A DNA stretch of 63,924 bases, counting the filler. It is 7 parts of 7 records of this genome, joined end to end, with 100 filler letters (N's around TTAATTAATTAA, not from the genome) between each part and the next. Parts side by side here need not be neighbours in the genome. Positions count along the whole stretch, not along the records: positions 45,256 to 50,880 come from DRR723986_8622; positions 50,981 to 58,204 come from DRR723986_8626; 5 more parts are not named here. One strand, 5' to 3'. The notes under the pieces are model-generated. The model saw only the letters and a program-made list of their open reading frames with translations, was not told the origin of the DNA and searched no databases. The position numbers were made by a program, and so were the translations under genes. Of this stretch, positions 45,257 through 56,229 are shown piece by piece; position 1 is the first letter of the stretch; each line of letters opens with the position of its first letter.

Positions 45257-47338
45257 CCGCTGCACCATCCGGCGCGGATCGCCGAGGAATGGGCCGTCAT
45301 CGACAACCTGACGAACGGGCGGGCGGGAATGGCCATCGCCTCGGGCTGGCAGCCCGACGACTTCGTCCTGCGGCCCGAGAACACGCCGCCGCAGAACAAG
45401 CCCGCGATGATGGAAAGCATCGAAACGGTGCGCAAGCTGTGGCGCGGCGAGGCGGTGGGCTTTCCGCGCAAGGACGGCACGCTGCACGAGGTGGTGACGC
45501 AGCCCCGTCCCGTCTCGAAGGAGCTGCCGGTCTGGGTCACGACCGCCGGCAACCCCGAGACGTGGCGCGAGGCCGGGCGCGCGGGCTGCAACGTGCTGAC
45601 GCATCTTCTGGGCCAGTCGGTCGAGGAGGTCGGCGGCAAGATCGCGCTGTACCACGAGGCTTTGCGCGAGGCTGGGCACGATCCGGCGCGGTTCACCGTC
45701 ACGCTGATGCTGCACACCTTCCTGTCGGACAGCCGCGACCACGCGCGCGAGATCGCGCGGGAGCCGATGAAGGACTACCTGCGCTCCGCCGCCGGTCTCA
45801 TCAAGCAATACGCATGGGCCTTCCCAGCCTTCAAGCGACCCGAGGGCGTGTCCAATGCCTTCGACCTGCAACTCGACGGGCTGGAGCCCGAGGAACTGGA
45901 CGCCATCCTCGACTTTGCCTTCGAGCGCTATTTCACCGACAGCGGCCTGTTCGGCACGGTCGAGGACGCGCTGGCGCGGACCGAGGATCTCAAGCGCATC
46001 GGCGTGACGGAGATTGCCTGCCTGATCGACTACGGCATCGACCGGGAAACCGTGCTCGAGGGGCTGAAGCCGCTGGCGCAGGTGGTCAAGGCCGCCAAGG
46101 CCGCGCCGGAACTGGCCGCCGACGACTTCTCCATCGCCGCGCAGATCGTGCGGCACGGGGTAACGCATCTGCAATGCACGCCGTCCATGGCGCGGATGAT
46201 CGCGATGAACGACGAGGCCCGCTTTGCCCTGCGCGGTGTGCAACATGTATACGTCGGAGGGGAACCGCTGCCCGGCGCGCTGGTCGAGGACCTGCGCAGC
46301 GCCACCGGCGCCAGCCTGACCAACATGTACGGGCCGACCGAGACGACGATCTGGTCCTCGGTCGAACCCGCCACCGGGGGCGAGGCGGTGGTCAACATCG
46401 GCCGCCCGCTGGCGAACCAGAGGCTGTACGTGCTGGACGAGGCACGGCAGCCGGTTGGCGTGGGCATGGAAGGCGAGCTTTGGATCGGTGGCGAGGGCGT
46501 GACGCGCGGCTACTGGAACCGGCCGGATCTTACGGAAGAGCGCTTTGTCCCCAACCCCTTCCACCCCGGGCGGATGTACCGGACCGGGGACCTCGTGCGG
46601 CGCCGCGCCGATGGGCGCATCGACTTCGTCGGGCGTGTCGACGGGCAGGTGAAACTGCGCGGCCACCGCATCGAACTCGGAGAGATCGAGGCCGCGTTGG
46701 AGGCGGTGCCTGGCGTGACGCAAGCGGTGGTGATCGCCCGCGAGGACCAGCCCGGCGACCTGCGGCTGACGGGCTATTATACAGGCGGTATGCAGGATGA
46801 GGCGCTGCTGCGAGAGGCGCTCGCCCGCGATCTGCCCGCGATCATGGTGCCGGCGCGTTTCGTCCCGCTCGACCGTTTCCCGCTGACCCCGAACAAGAAG
46901 GTCGACCGAAAGGCCCTGCCGGCACCGGGTCTGCGCACCACCCCCGCGCCGAAACCCCGGCGAGAGGCCGCCCCCGTGGCGAAACCCGCTGCCGGTTCCG
47001 GCAAGGCGGTGGAGCAAGTGGTGGCGCGGATCTGGACCTCTGTCCTCGGCGTGGAGCAGATCGGACCGCGCGATAGCTTCTTCGATCTCGGCGGGCATTC
47101 CTTGCTGGCGGTTCAGGCGCATCGCGCGCTGCGGGACGACCTGGGCGCGCGCCAGTTGTCGATCACCGACATCTTCCGCTTCCCGGTGCTGGCCGACCTT
47201 GCAGAGCGGGTCTCACAACTGGTCGACGACCTGCCGCGCCCCGCGCCCACACGCCACGCGCCGGAGACGCCGCGCGCGCAATCGCGCGCCGATGCCATGG
47301 CGCGCCGCCGCGAGATGCGGGCCAGACGCCGGGCATGA
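45257..47338 (+). CDS. NRPS-like protein, 5'-truncated: luciferase-like monooxygenase domain + C-terminal part of an adenylation domain + PCP
   Basis: LLM motifs PLHHPARIAEEWAVIDNLTNGR and IACLIDYG; A-domain motifs NMYGPTETT, GELWIGG, YRTGDL, GHRIELGEIE and PNKKVDRKAL; PCP FFDLGGHSLL. Confidence 0.9.
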   Translation, partial: PLHHPARIAEEWAVIDNLTNGRAGMAIASGWQPDDFVLRPENTPPQNKPAMMESIETVRKLWRGEAVGFPRKDGTLHEVVTQPRPVSKELPVWVTTAGNPETWREAGRAGCNVLTHLLGQSVEEVGGKIALYHEALREAGHDPARFTVTLMLHTFLSDSRDHAREIAREPMKDYLRSAAGLIKQYAWAFPAFKRPEGVSNAFDLQLDGLEPEELDAILDFAFERYFTDSGLFGTVEDALARTEDLKRIGVTEIACLIDYGIDRETVLEGLKPLAQVVKAAKAAPELAADDFSIAAQIVRHGVTHLQCTPSMARMIAMNDEARFALRGVQHVYVGGEPLPGALVEDLRSATGASLTNMYGPTETTIWSSVEPATGGEAVVNIGRPLANQRLYVLDEARQPVGVGMEGELWIGGEGVTRGYWNRPDLTEERFVPNPFHPGRMYRTGDLVRRRADGRIDFVGRVDGQVKLRGHRIELGEIEAALEAVPGVTQAVVIAREDQPGDLRLTGYYTGGMQDEALLREALARDLPAIMVPARFVPLDRFPLTPNKKVDRKALPAPGLRTTPAPKPRREAAPVAKPAAGSGKAVEQVVARIWTSVLGVEQIGPRDSFFDLGGHSLLAVQAHRALRDDLGARQLSITDIFRFPVLADLAERVSQLVDDLPRPAPTRHAPETPRAQSRADAMARRREMRARRRA

Positions 47339-47997
47339 GCGATCCCTCCGGACTGCCAGAGCTGATCCGGCAGATCACCCGTCCCGGCCTCTTCTGGGGG
47401 CTGGCCCGGATCGGCGATGAGGGCGCGCTGTTTCCCGAGGAAGCGGCCCATGTGGCCCGCGCCCTGCCCGCCCGGCGCGCGGAATTCCTTGCCGGGCGCA
47501 TCGCCGCCCGCCGCGCCCTGATGCGGATGGGGTGCGAGACGCTGCGCATTCCCGCCGCCCCGGACCGCGCGCCGGTCTGGCCCACGGGCATCACCGGCAG
47601 CATCAGCCACACCGGCCATATCGCCGTCGCCGTCGTCGCCGAGGCGACGCGGCATCCTCTGCTGGGCATCGACGTGGAAAGCGCGGCTCCGCTTCCCGCG
47701 GATGCCATCGACGAGATCTGCCGCCCCGACGAACTCGGGCCCTTCGCGGGGACCGATCGGGCGCTTCGGGCGCGGCGGATCTTTTCCGCCAAGGAGGCGC
47801 TGTACAAGGCGCAGTATCCGCGCAGCCGCACCATTTTCGGCTTTCACGCGCTGCGAATCGACCTCTGCACCGGCACCGCGCAGTTTCCCGACCATCCGGA
47901 GACTGCCATGATTCCGCCCGATTTCCGCGCCCCCCTGCGGTTCGTGCAGGCCATCGGGCCGCAGTTGATCCTGTCTTTGGGCCACGCGCCGGACTGA
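47335..47997 (+). CDS. 4'-phosphopantetheinyl transferase (EntD/Sfp type)
   Basis: RRAEFLAGR, PVWPTGITGSISHT, LGIDVE and FSAKEALYKA. Confidence 0.92.
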   Translation: MSDPSGLPELIRQITRPGLFWGLARIGDEGALFPEEAAHVARALPARRAEFLAGRIAARRALMRMGCETLRIPAAPDRAPVWPTGITGSISHTGHIAVAVVAEATRHPLLGIDVESAAPLPADAIDEICRPDELGPFAGTDRALRARRIFSAKEALYKAQYPRSRTIFGFHALRIDLCTGTAQFPDHPETAMIPPDFRAPLRFVQAIGPQLILSLGHAPD

Positions 47998-48263
47998 CCC
48001 CACCCCCATATTGCCCCGACAGCGCCACAATTGGCGCTGTTTTCGTGTAACTTTCTGAGATCGTGTCAGAATTGTGGCGCCGGTTCACGGGCCGGACACG
48101 CATTGTTTCCCTTGTATTCGACGAAAACTCATGGCGAAAATGAGGCAGTCTGCCTAGATTGTGTCTCGAAGATGGCACGAACCGGACAGCTTCCCGACAG
48201 AGTCGGGGCAAGGACGGGGCAGGTCATCTCCGCATTGGGGGCAACTTTGCGGGAGCGCGAGAA

Positions 48264-49598
48264 ATGAACCAGTTCCAGTCGATCGACGAGGTCTTTGCCG
48301 CCCTGCGCCGCCGCGCGTGGCTTATCCTGATCGTGGCCTTCGCGGGCTGCGTCCTGTCGGTGCATTTCGCGCTGGGTCAGGTGAAGGAATACGAGGCCAC
48401 CGCCGTCGTCCAGATTGAAGACGCCCGCCTGCCCGACCAGCTTGCCGGGGCCAGCGCCTCGCAAGGCACCGATGCCTCGCGCCGGGTGCGGCTGATCGAA
48501 CAGCGCCTCATGGCCCGCGATAACCTGGTCAAGGTCATGGAAAAGCACGACCTCTTCGCGGACGATCCGCAGGTCACCATGAACGAGCGCGTGGCCGCCA
48601 TGCGGGGCGCCGCCCGGATCGAGGAAATCGTCAACGCGGCGCAGGCTTATGCGCCCGGCGGCAGCACCCCGTCGGGGCTTATCATCACCGTGCGTCTCGA
48701 CGATGCCCAGAAAGCGGCGGATGTGGCGAACGAACTGATGACGCTGGTGATCGACCAGTCGCGCGACCGCAGCGTCGACCGCGCCCGCGAAACCCTTGAT
48801 TTCTTTGCCGCCGAAGAGGCCCGCATCGCCACCGCCATAGAGGCGCAAGAGGCCGCCGTCGCCACCTTCAAGCGCGAGAATGCCGACCGGGTGCCCGCCG
48901 GCGTGGTGGAACTGCGCGCCCAGCTGGGCAGCCTGCGCGACACCGATCTCGATCTCGATCAGCAGATCGTCACGCTGGAAGCTACCGTCTCGCGGCAGCG
49001 CGAAGAGGTGACCGCCCGGCAGGTCGAGCTTCTGCAGGAGCAGAAGCTGCTGATCGCCGAACGCATCGCCGGGATCGAGGCGCAACTGGCCGGAGCCCCC
49101 GAGGTCGAGCGCGAGTTGAACCGCATGGAGCGCGAGCTGACCAAGCTGCAGGATCAGTACAGCGTCATCACCCGCCGCAAGGCCGAGGCCGAGATGGGCC
49201 AACTGCTCGAGGACCGGCAGGCCACCGACCGCTTCGAGGTGCTGGAAACCGCCTTGGTGCCGGAATTCCCGGTCTCCCGCTCGCGCAAGAAGCTGGCGAT
49301 GATGGGCGGTTTCGCCAGCGTGATCGCAGGGCTCGCCGCGGCCTTCATCGTGGAACTGATGAACCCCGCGATCCGCAGCGCCGCGCAGATGGAACGGATG
49401 CTGGGCGTGCAGCCGGTGGTTTCGATACCGACCGTGGTCACGCGCCGTGACCGTACCGTGGGCGGGCTGAAACTGGGGGCGAAGATCGCCATGGTGCTTG
49501 CGCTTCTGGCCGCCGGGGCGCGGCTGCTGTCCGACCGGCTGCCCGCTTTGGCCGAGGTGACGGGGCGGTTCCTGCCACGCCGCATGGCCCGGGGCTGA
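48264..49598 (+). CDS. Polysaccharide chain-length determinant (Wzz/GumC family)
   Basis: N-terminal TM, YEATAVVQIE, long coiled coil, FEVLETALVPEFP and a C-terminal TM. Confidence 0.85.
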   Translation: MNQFQSIDEVFAALRRRAWLILIVAFAGCVLSVHFALGQVKEYEATAVVQIEDARLPDQLAGASASQGTDASRRVRLIEQRLMARDNLVKVMEKHDLFADDPQVTMNERVAAMRGAARIEEIVNAAQAYAPGGSTPSGLIITVRLDDAQKAADVANELMTLVIDQSRDRSVDRARETLDFFAAEEARIATAIEAQEAAVATFKRENADRVPAGVVELRAQLGSLRDTDLDLDQQIVTLEATVSRQREEVTARQVELLQEQKLLIAERIAGIEAQLAGAPEVERELNRMERELTKLQDQYSVITRRKAEAEMGQLLEDRQATDRFEVLETALVPEFPVSRSRKKLAMMGGFASVIAGLAAAFIVELMNPAIRSAAQMERMLGVQPVVSIPTVVTRRDRTVGGLKLGAKIAMVLALLAAGARLLSDRLPALAEVTGRFLPRRMARG

Positions 49599-49676
49599 AG
49601 GCGCGCCGCACGGTTCGGTGTTGAAACGATCCCCGGGGGCACATTTGTCCGCTTCCGGGGATTTTTCCTTGGCCGC

Positions 49677-50880
49677 TCAATAGGTGTAGCGGTCGATCTC
49701 CGTGCCTTCGGCCTTGTTCAGGACCATGCCCAGAAGCGGCGTGTCCTCGCCCAGCCGACGTTCGACTTCCTTGATTTCCTTCTCGGTCGTCAGCCCCCCG
49801 CCGATCACCAGAAGGACGCCGTCGAACTGCGGGCGGAAGGCGATCACATCGTCGTAGAACAAGGCGGGCGGCAGGTCGAACAGCAACACGTCCGCCCCGA
49901 ACCCGGTCTCGATCCGCTTCAGCGTCTCGGCCGTGCGCGGGTCCTGCAGAAGCTCCGAGGCGTAGGGTTCGACCACCTCGTTGAAGCCGAAGGCGATGTT
50001 GCGCCCGGCCTGAACCGGGTTGCGCCCCATGCGCTTGAGGTGGTCTTCGGGGCTGATCCGCCCGCGCAGCATATCCCCGACAGAGCCGGGACGGTCGATG
50101 CCCATGACCCGGTGCAGGGTCGGTCGCCTGAGGTCGCAATCCAGAAGAAGCGTCCGGCAATTTTCCTGCCGTGACAGCGAGATGGCAAGATTTGCCGCGG
50201 TGAAGGTCTTGCCGCACCCCTGCCCCGGAGAGGTGATGGCCACGCGCTTCCACCCATGTTCCGAAAGCGCCTGCAGAAGCCGCGTCCGCAGGACGTCGAA
50301 GGCGGTATGCGCGGGATCGTCGCGGCGCGCGGTGATGATCCGGTTGCGGTGCAGATGCCCTTCGTCGACGGTGATCTCGCCCAGCGCGGCCCATGCCGTA
50401 TCCGGTGTCGCCTCCGGTTTGGCGGGCCGGACCGGGCGCGCCGGCGCGATTGGCGCGGGCGTTGCAGCAGGGCGGGCGGGCGTCGCCTTGGGCCGGATCG
50501 GATCGCTCAGCGTCAAGGGGGGCGTCGACCGGGGCCGGGCCTCGCCCAGCGCCTCCGCCTCTTCCTCGGCCGCCCGGCGGGCTTCGGCCTCGAGCCTGTC
50601 GGCGGCGGCGCGCGCCTTCCGCGCACGCTCCTCCGCCTGTTCACGCCGCGCCGCCAGCTCCCTGCGACGCCGGGCTTCCTCGGCGCGAGCTTGCTCCTCG
50701 GCCTCGGCCTTCCGGCGAGCCTGTTCCTCGGCTTCAGCCTTCCGGCGCGCCTCCTCGGCGCGGGCCTGTTCTTCGGCGGCAGCCTTCCGGCGAGCCTCCT
50801 CAGCACGGGCCTGCTCCACGGCCTCAGCCTTCCGGCGGGCCTCCTCGGCGCGGGCCTTCTCTTCGGCAGCAGCCCTCCGG
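49677..50880 (-). CDS. CpsD/CapB-family BY-kinase with a repetitive N-terminal helical region (5'-truncated)
   Basis: AFDVLRTRL, Walker A TSPGQGCGKT, LLLDCDLRRP, LFDLPP, GMVLNK and C-terminal Tyr residues (RYTY). Confidence 0.87.
50669..50880 (-). repeat. Coding tandem repeat, 45-bp unit (15 aa, RKAxAEEQARAEEAR)
   Basis: GCCYTCCGG anchors at 50707, 50737, 50782, 50827 and 50872 (periods 30, 45, 45, 45); runs off the contig edge. Confidence 0.85.
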
Positions 50881-50980
50881 NNNNNNNNNNNNNNNNNNNN
50901 NNNNNNNNNNNNNNNNNNNNNNNNTTAATTAATTAANNNNNNNNNNNNNNNNNNNNNNNNNNNNNNNNNNNNNNNNNNNN
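50881..50980. other. Artificial contig linker
   Basis: N44-TTAATTAATTAA-N44. Confidence 0.99.
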
Positions 50981-51931
50981 GCCATAGGCCACGGCCAGCT
51001 CTTCCTCGGCTGCGCCGCTATCGGGGGCGTTGACCGACAAAACCAGCCGGTCTTCATCCAGCTGCAGCTTTACAGCGCGCGAGCGTTCCGATGAAACCGT
51101 CGCCACCCGGTCAACCGCGGCGGCAAATTCGCTGGCATCGACCTCTAGCTTGCGGGTGTTACCGGTGGGAATAACCCGGGTGTAATCGGGGAATGTGCCA
51201 TCGATCACTTTCGAGGTCAGCGTCAGGTTTGGCGTGGCAAACCGAATTTTGGTTTCACTGACCGAAACGGCAATTTTCATCTCGTCATCATCAAGCAGCT
51301 TGCGCAGCTCGCCCACGGTTTTGCGGGGCACGATCACCCCTGGCATGGTTTCGGCATGCACGGGCAATTCAGCGTCGATCCGGGCCAGGCGGTGGCCGTC
51401 GGTGGCCACACAGCGCAAGACCGGGCCGCCATCGGCCTGGGCCACATGCATATAAACGCCGTTCAGGTAATACCGGGTTTCTTCGGTCGAGATGGCGAAT
51501 TTCGATTTGTCGAACAAGCGGCGCAGCACGGGCGCAGGGGCGCTGAAATTCGAGGCATATTCCGACGAGGCCATCACCGGAAAATCCTCTTTCGGCAAGG
51601 TGGCCAAGTTGAAATGCGACCGCCCAGCCGTGACGCTCAGCCGGCCTGCGGTGCCATCATCGGCCAGTGTCACCAGCGCGCCATCGGGCAGTTTGCGCAC
51701 GATCTCGTGCAAGGTTACAGCCGAAACCGTGGTGGCGCCTGCCCGCTCGACCATGGCGGCGGCTTTGTCGACCACTTCGATATCCAGATCGGTGGCACGA
51801 AATTGCACTGTGTTGCCTTCGGCCTCGATCAGCACATTGGCAAGGATCGGAATCGTGTTGCGCCGTTCCACAACAGATTGTGCCTGTGCCACCGCTTTCA
51901 GCAGAGTTCCACGCTCGATGCTAAGCTTCAT
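50981..51931 (-). CDS. dnaN: DNA polymerase III beta clamp (3'-truncated)
   Basis: VERRNTIPILANV, ATDLD, ISTEETRYYLNG, VATDGHRLA and GTFPDY. Confidence 0.96.
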
Positions 51932-52104
51932 GATCCTCGTTCCTTTCCCGAACCGGGCTACAACCGGGAGGGGCAAGGTATCGGAAATTCCCGCCCACTC
52001 AAGCGTTTTATGCGTCTGTCACTGGGTTTGTCCAAAGAAAGAGCAGCGCCGTCAAGGGCAGGCGCGTGCCTGCCCATGCTTGCGGGAAAACCGGGGCGAA
52101 ATGG

Positions 52105-53475
52105 TCACGCCTCTAGGGTGCGGCGCAGCATTTCCAGATCTTCTGCAATCTGGCCATCTTGCACTTTCAGCTCTTCCACACGTTTGACGCCATGCATCAC
52201 GGTGGTGTGGTCACGCCCACCAAATCGGCGGCCAATTTCTGGCAGCGATCGGCTGGTCAGCTGTTTGCACAGATACATCGCCACCTGGCGCGGGCGGGCA
52301 TAGGTGCGCACGCGTTTGGGGCCCAACAAATCAGACAGGCGAATGTTGTAATGTTCGGCAACGCGGCGCTGAATTTCCTCGATCGTGATCTTGCGTTCCG
52401 AGGCGCGCAAAATATCGGCCAGGCAATCTTGGGTCATGTCCAGCGTAATTTCGCAGCCCACGAGCGAGGCAAAAGCAAACAGCCGGGTCAGCGCACCTTC
52501 GAGCACGCGCACATTGGTGCTGATGCGATGGGCCAAAAACTCGAGCACGCCATCTGCCAGAACAAGGCCTGGGTATTGCTCGCTGAACTGATCGACCTTG
52601 GAATGCAAAATGCCCAAGCGCAGCTCGTAATCGGTTGGGTGCAAATCCACCACCAGCCCACATTGCAGGCGGCTTTTGATGCGGTCTTCCAAATCTTTGA
52701 TTTCGCCCGGCGCCCGATCGGCCGATATGATGATCTGTTTGTTTTGGTCCACCAAGGCGTTGAACGTGTGGAAAAATTCCTCTTGGGTGCTGTCTTTGCC
52801 CGCGATGAATTGCACATCATCCACCATCAGCACATCAACCGCGCGGAAAATCTGTTTGAAATCCATCATGCGGCGGTCGCGCAGCGCTTGCACGAAACGA
52901 TACATGAATTGCTCGGCCGACAAATAAACCACATTCAAATCAGGCCGGCGCGCCGATAGCTCGTGGGCAATTGCGTGCATAAGGTGGGTTTTGCCAAGGC
53001 CAACGCCACCGTATAAAAACAATGGGTTAAAGGTAACAGGCCCGCCCTCGGCCACGCGGCGCGCGGCGGCATGGGCCAGCTCGTTGGGTTTGCCCACCAC
53101 GAAAGTGTCAAAGGTAAAGCGCCCGTCAAGCGGTGCACCGGGCAGCAGCTCGGCCGTGGGGCGCGCGGGCTGGGCGGTGCCGGTTTCTGCGGTGGGCTTG
53201 GCGCCGGGTTGGGCATTGGCGCGTGCAGGGCTGGCCGCGGCCACACTGAACTGAACGCGGCGCACCTGTGCCCCGGAATGGGCCAGTTTATGCAAGATCA
53301 GATCACCAAAATTTTGCTGGACGTAATTGCCCAAAAAGCTGGTTGGCACGTTGAAAATGGCAACACCATCGCGGATATCGGAAAACTCGATCGGTTCGAT
53401 CCAGTTGGTGAAGTTATTTTGCCCCACCATGCCCAGCAAACTTTGCCGCAGCTGGCCCCATTGTTCTTGCGTCAT
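52105..53475 (-). CDS. dnaA: Chromosomal replication initiator DnaA
   Basis: FNPLFLYGGVGLGKTHL, DDVQF, QEEFFHTFN and SLPEIGRRFGGRDHTTV. Confidence 0.98.
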   Translation of the reverse strand: MTQEQWGQLRQSLLGMVGQNNFTNWIEPIEFSDIRDGVAIFNVPTSFLGNYVQQNFGDLILHKLAHSGAQVRRVQFSVAAASPARANAQPGAKPTAETGTAQPARPTAELLPGAPLDGRFTFDTFVVGKPNELAHAAARRVAEGGPVTFNPLFLYGGVGLGKTHLMHAIAHELSARRPDLNVVYLSAEQFMYRFVQALRDRRMMDFKQIFRAVDVLMVDDVQFIAGKDSTQEEFFHTFNALVDQNKQIIISADRAPGEIKDLEDRIKSRLQCGLVVDLHPTDYELRLGILHSKVDQFSEQYPGLVLADGVLEFLAHRISTNVRVLEGALTRLFAFASLVGCEITLDMTQDCLADILRASERKITIEEIQRRVAEHYNIRLSDLLGPKRVRTYARPRQVAMYLCKQLTSRSLPEIGRRFGGRDHTTVMHGVKRVEELKVQDGQIAEDLEMLRRTLEA

Positions 53476-53912
53476 TCCATCCCCGCTTGGCAACCAATTC
53501 GCACGTCAACATTCGTAGTCATTAAAAAAAGCATACTATGAAAAAAACACACTATCCCAATCCCGCAGAGTTGCCCCTGCCAGCCGCACACACATCAACT
53601 GTTTCCAAACACATGGCCCTGGGCGGTATTCCCAAGGCCTGCGGCACAATCGCACCCGATTTTGGACAAAGAACAGTTTGGCAGTTGCCCGGCATTGCGC
53701 CGAGAAACCATCTCAAATTGTAACGCCGAGCTTATTTTTGGTGCAAACAAACTGGCGCGGTCCTGTCCCCCCAGACACGATGTGACTCGCAAGGGTGAAA
53801 CTAGCAATTGCGCCTATAGGGCCGCAACTGATCTTCACACTTGACTCGGGAATCCATGAAAAAGAATCTGCGCTCTTTCGGATATGCCCGTATAACCGCA
53901 TGGAAAAAACGC

Positions 53913-53941
53913 AAAAAAAAAAGCGTCGCAAAATGCGACGC
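53913..53941 (-). terminator. Intrinsic terminator of rpsT
   Basis: Stem GCGTCGCA/TGCGACGC followed on the minus strand by a 10-T run. Confidence 0.8.
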
Positions 53942-53970
53942 CTTTAACGGGCCAAACTGGCCTGTGGTGC

Positions 53971-54234
53971 TTAGCCCAGCGCTTTGACGCGGGCGGCCAG
54001 GCGCGACACTTTGCGCGAGGCGGTGTTTTTGTGGAAAACGCCTTTGGTCACACCGCGCATCAGCTCGGGCTGGGCGGCGCGCAGGGCTGCTGCTGCGGCG
54101 TCTTTGTCACCCGAAGCGATGGCTTCTTCGACTTTGCGCAGGAAGGTGCGGATACGCGAGCGGCGGTTTTTGTTTACGGCAGCGCGGGCCTCGTTCTGGC
54201 GGGCGCGTTTTTTTGCCTGGGGCGTATTTGCCAT
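53971..54234 (-). CDS. rpsT: 30S ribosomal protein S20
   Basis: [29 protein letters not shown]. Confidence 0.97.
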   Translation of the reverse strand: MANTPQAKKRARQNEARAAVNKNRRSRIRTFLRKVEEAIASGDKDAAAAALRAAQPELMRGVTKGVFHKNTASRKVSRLAARVKALG

Positions 54235-54443
54235 GATGTCAGACCTTTTTCTCGGGTTTGGTTCAATTCTGTTGGCGCCATGCCATACCCAAAGGACCAA
54301 ACCCATTCCGGCGGCCTATGCCGGACGATTCGAGCCAAGCGGGCTGCACGCGCATGTATCGGGCGGCGTATAGGCGATTTGATTGCAGAAGGAAACAGGA
54401 AAATACCCGGCCAAGGCCCATACCCCGGGCCGGGCTGCCTGTG

Positions 54444-55220
54444 TTATTTATCGCGGAATTGCGCTGTGCGCTTTTCCAAAAAGGCGGCCATGCCCTCTTT
54501 TTGGTCTTCGGTGGCAAAAAGCGAATGGAACACGCGCCGCTCGAACAGCACGCCTTCGCGCAGCGTGGTTTCAAACGAGCGGTTCACCGATTCCTTGATC
54601 GCCGTCACAGTAACCATGGATTTCTCGGCGATTTTCTGGGCCGCGGTCATTGCTTCTTTCATCAGCTCTTTGGCTGGCACAATCCGGCTGACCAGCCCCG
54701 CGCGCTCGGCCTCGGCGGCATCCATAAAGCGCCCCGTCAGGTTCATATCCATGGCCTTTGCCTTGCCAACGGCGCGGGTCAGGCGCTGGGTGCCGCCAAT
54801 ACCGGCCATCACGCCCAGGTTAATTTCGGGCTGGCCAAATTTCGCCGTATCCGATGCGATGATGAAATCGCACATCATGGCCAATTCACAGCCACCGCCC
54901 AGCGCATAGCCCGACACCGCCGCGATAATCGGCTTGCGGATGCGGCAGATGGCATCGGTTTCTTCGGTGAAGAGATCACCCATAAACACATCGACAAAGC
55001 TTTGCTCGCTCATCATGCCAATATCGGCACCGGCGGCGAATGCTTTCTCGCTGCCCGTCAGCACGATGCAGCGCACCTTTTCATTGGCTTGCGCGGCTTG
55101 CAAAGCATCAACCAATTCCCCCAAAAGCTGCGCATTCAGCGCGTTCAGGGCATCGGGCCGGTTCAGGCGGATCAGGGCGATGTGGTCTTCTACGTCGACG
55201 ATGATCGTCTCATAGGCCAT
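54444..55220 (-). CDS. Enoyl-CoA hydratase
   Basis: LNRPDALNAL, AFAAGADI, ALGGGCEL and FGQPEI. Confidence 0.93.
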   Translation of the reverse strand: MAYETIIVDVEDHIALIRLNRPDALNALNAQLLGELVDALQAAQANEKVRCIVLTGSEKAFAAGADIGMMSEQSFVDVFMGDLFTEETDAICRIRKPIIAAVSGYALGGGCELAMMCDFIIASDTAKFGQPEINLGVMAGIGGTQRLTRAVGKAKAMDMNLTGRFMDAAEAERAGLVSRIVPAKELMKEAMTAAQKIAEKSMVTVTAIKESVNRSFETTLREGVLFERRVFHSLFATEDQKEGMAAFLEKRTAQFRDK

Positions 55221-55285
55221 GAAATTTGCTTTCGCTTGTTTCTGTCAGAACAGCACCCTTACCATTCCGGCACCAACGATCAAGA

Positions 55286-56137
55286 CTATCTTTGACACGC
55301 GGGGCAGTAGAAGGTCGATCTGCCGCTTTGCACGATGCGCCGGATGGTGGCGGTGCAGCCAGTGCTGCGGCAGCTTTCGCCTTCGCGGCCATAGACATCG
55401 AAATTATGCTGGAAATAGCCCAGTTCGCCATCGGCACGGCGGAAATCTTTCAACGACGAGCCGCCCGCCTGAATGGCCTGCTCCAGCACCTCGCGGATGA
55501 TTGGCACCAGCCCCGCCACACGCGCGGCCGCCACCCGCCCCGCGTGCCGGGCCGGGTGAATGCCCGCCCGATAAAGCGTTTCACAGACGTAAATATTTCC
55601 CAAACCGGCCACAACATGCTGATCCAGCAACACCGATTTTACCGGCGCGCTGCGCCCCTTGAAGGCGGCCAGCAAAACATCAGGGCCAAAGCTGTTGCCC
55701 AAAGGTTCAGGCCCGATACCTGACAGCAGTTTATGGCCCTCTTGCCCCGCGGTTGGCAGCAGATCCATCGCCCCAAACCTGCGCGGGTCGTTAAAGGTAA
55801 TGCGCGCGCCATTTTCCATATCTAGCACCACATGATCGTGCTTTTCCGGTGCGGGGTGGCTGTGCACAAACTGCCCCAGCGGATCGCCCGATATCAGCAT
55901 GCGCCCTGACATGCCCAAGTGCACCAGCAGGGTTTCACCCGAATCAAGATCAGCCAAGATATATTTCGACCGCCGCCGCAATTGCAGCACCCGCCGGCCC
56001 GTAAGCCGCTGTGCCATATTGGGCGGAAAGGGCCAGCGCAGATCGGGCCTGTTTACAGCCGCATGGGCAATAACCTGCCCCTCCATCACCGGGGCCAAGC
56101 CGCGGCGCACTGTTTCCACCTCGGGCAATTCGGGCAT
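55286..56137 (-). CDS. mutM: Formamidopyrimidine-DNA glycosylase
   Basis: [26 protein letters not shown] and a C-terminal zinc finger ending CPACQ. Confidence 0.97.
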   Translation of the reverse strand: MPELPEVETVRRGLAPVMEGQVIAHAAVNRPDLRWPFPPNMAQRLTGRRVLQLRRRSKYILADLDSGETLLVHLGMSGRMLISGDPLGQFVHSHPAPEKHDHVVLDMENGARITFNDPRRFGAMDLLPTAGQEGHKLLSGIGPEPLGNSFGPDVLLAAFKGRSAPVKSVLLDQHVVAGLGNIYVCETLYRAGIHPARHAGRVAAARVAGLVPIIREVLEQAIQAGGSSLKDFRRADGELGYFQHNFDVYGREGESCRSTGCTATIRRIVQSGRSTFYCPACQR

Positions 56138-56229
56138 TCTATCTCCTGCTATCTCCTGACACATGGGCGCATTGCAGCGCCGGGCGAGTGGCCTATAAGG
56201 AAGGGTAGAGAAAAGGATCGGCAAGCCCT

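Noticed and set aside
53476-53912. oriC upstream of dnaA
   Set aside because: AT-richer intergenic DNA, but I found no clustered TTATCCACA-type DnaA boxes; treated as the dnaA promoter/leader.
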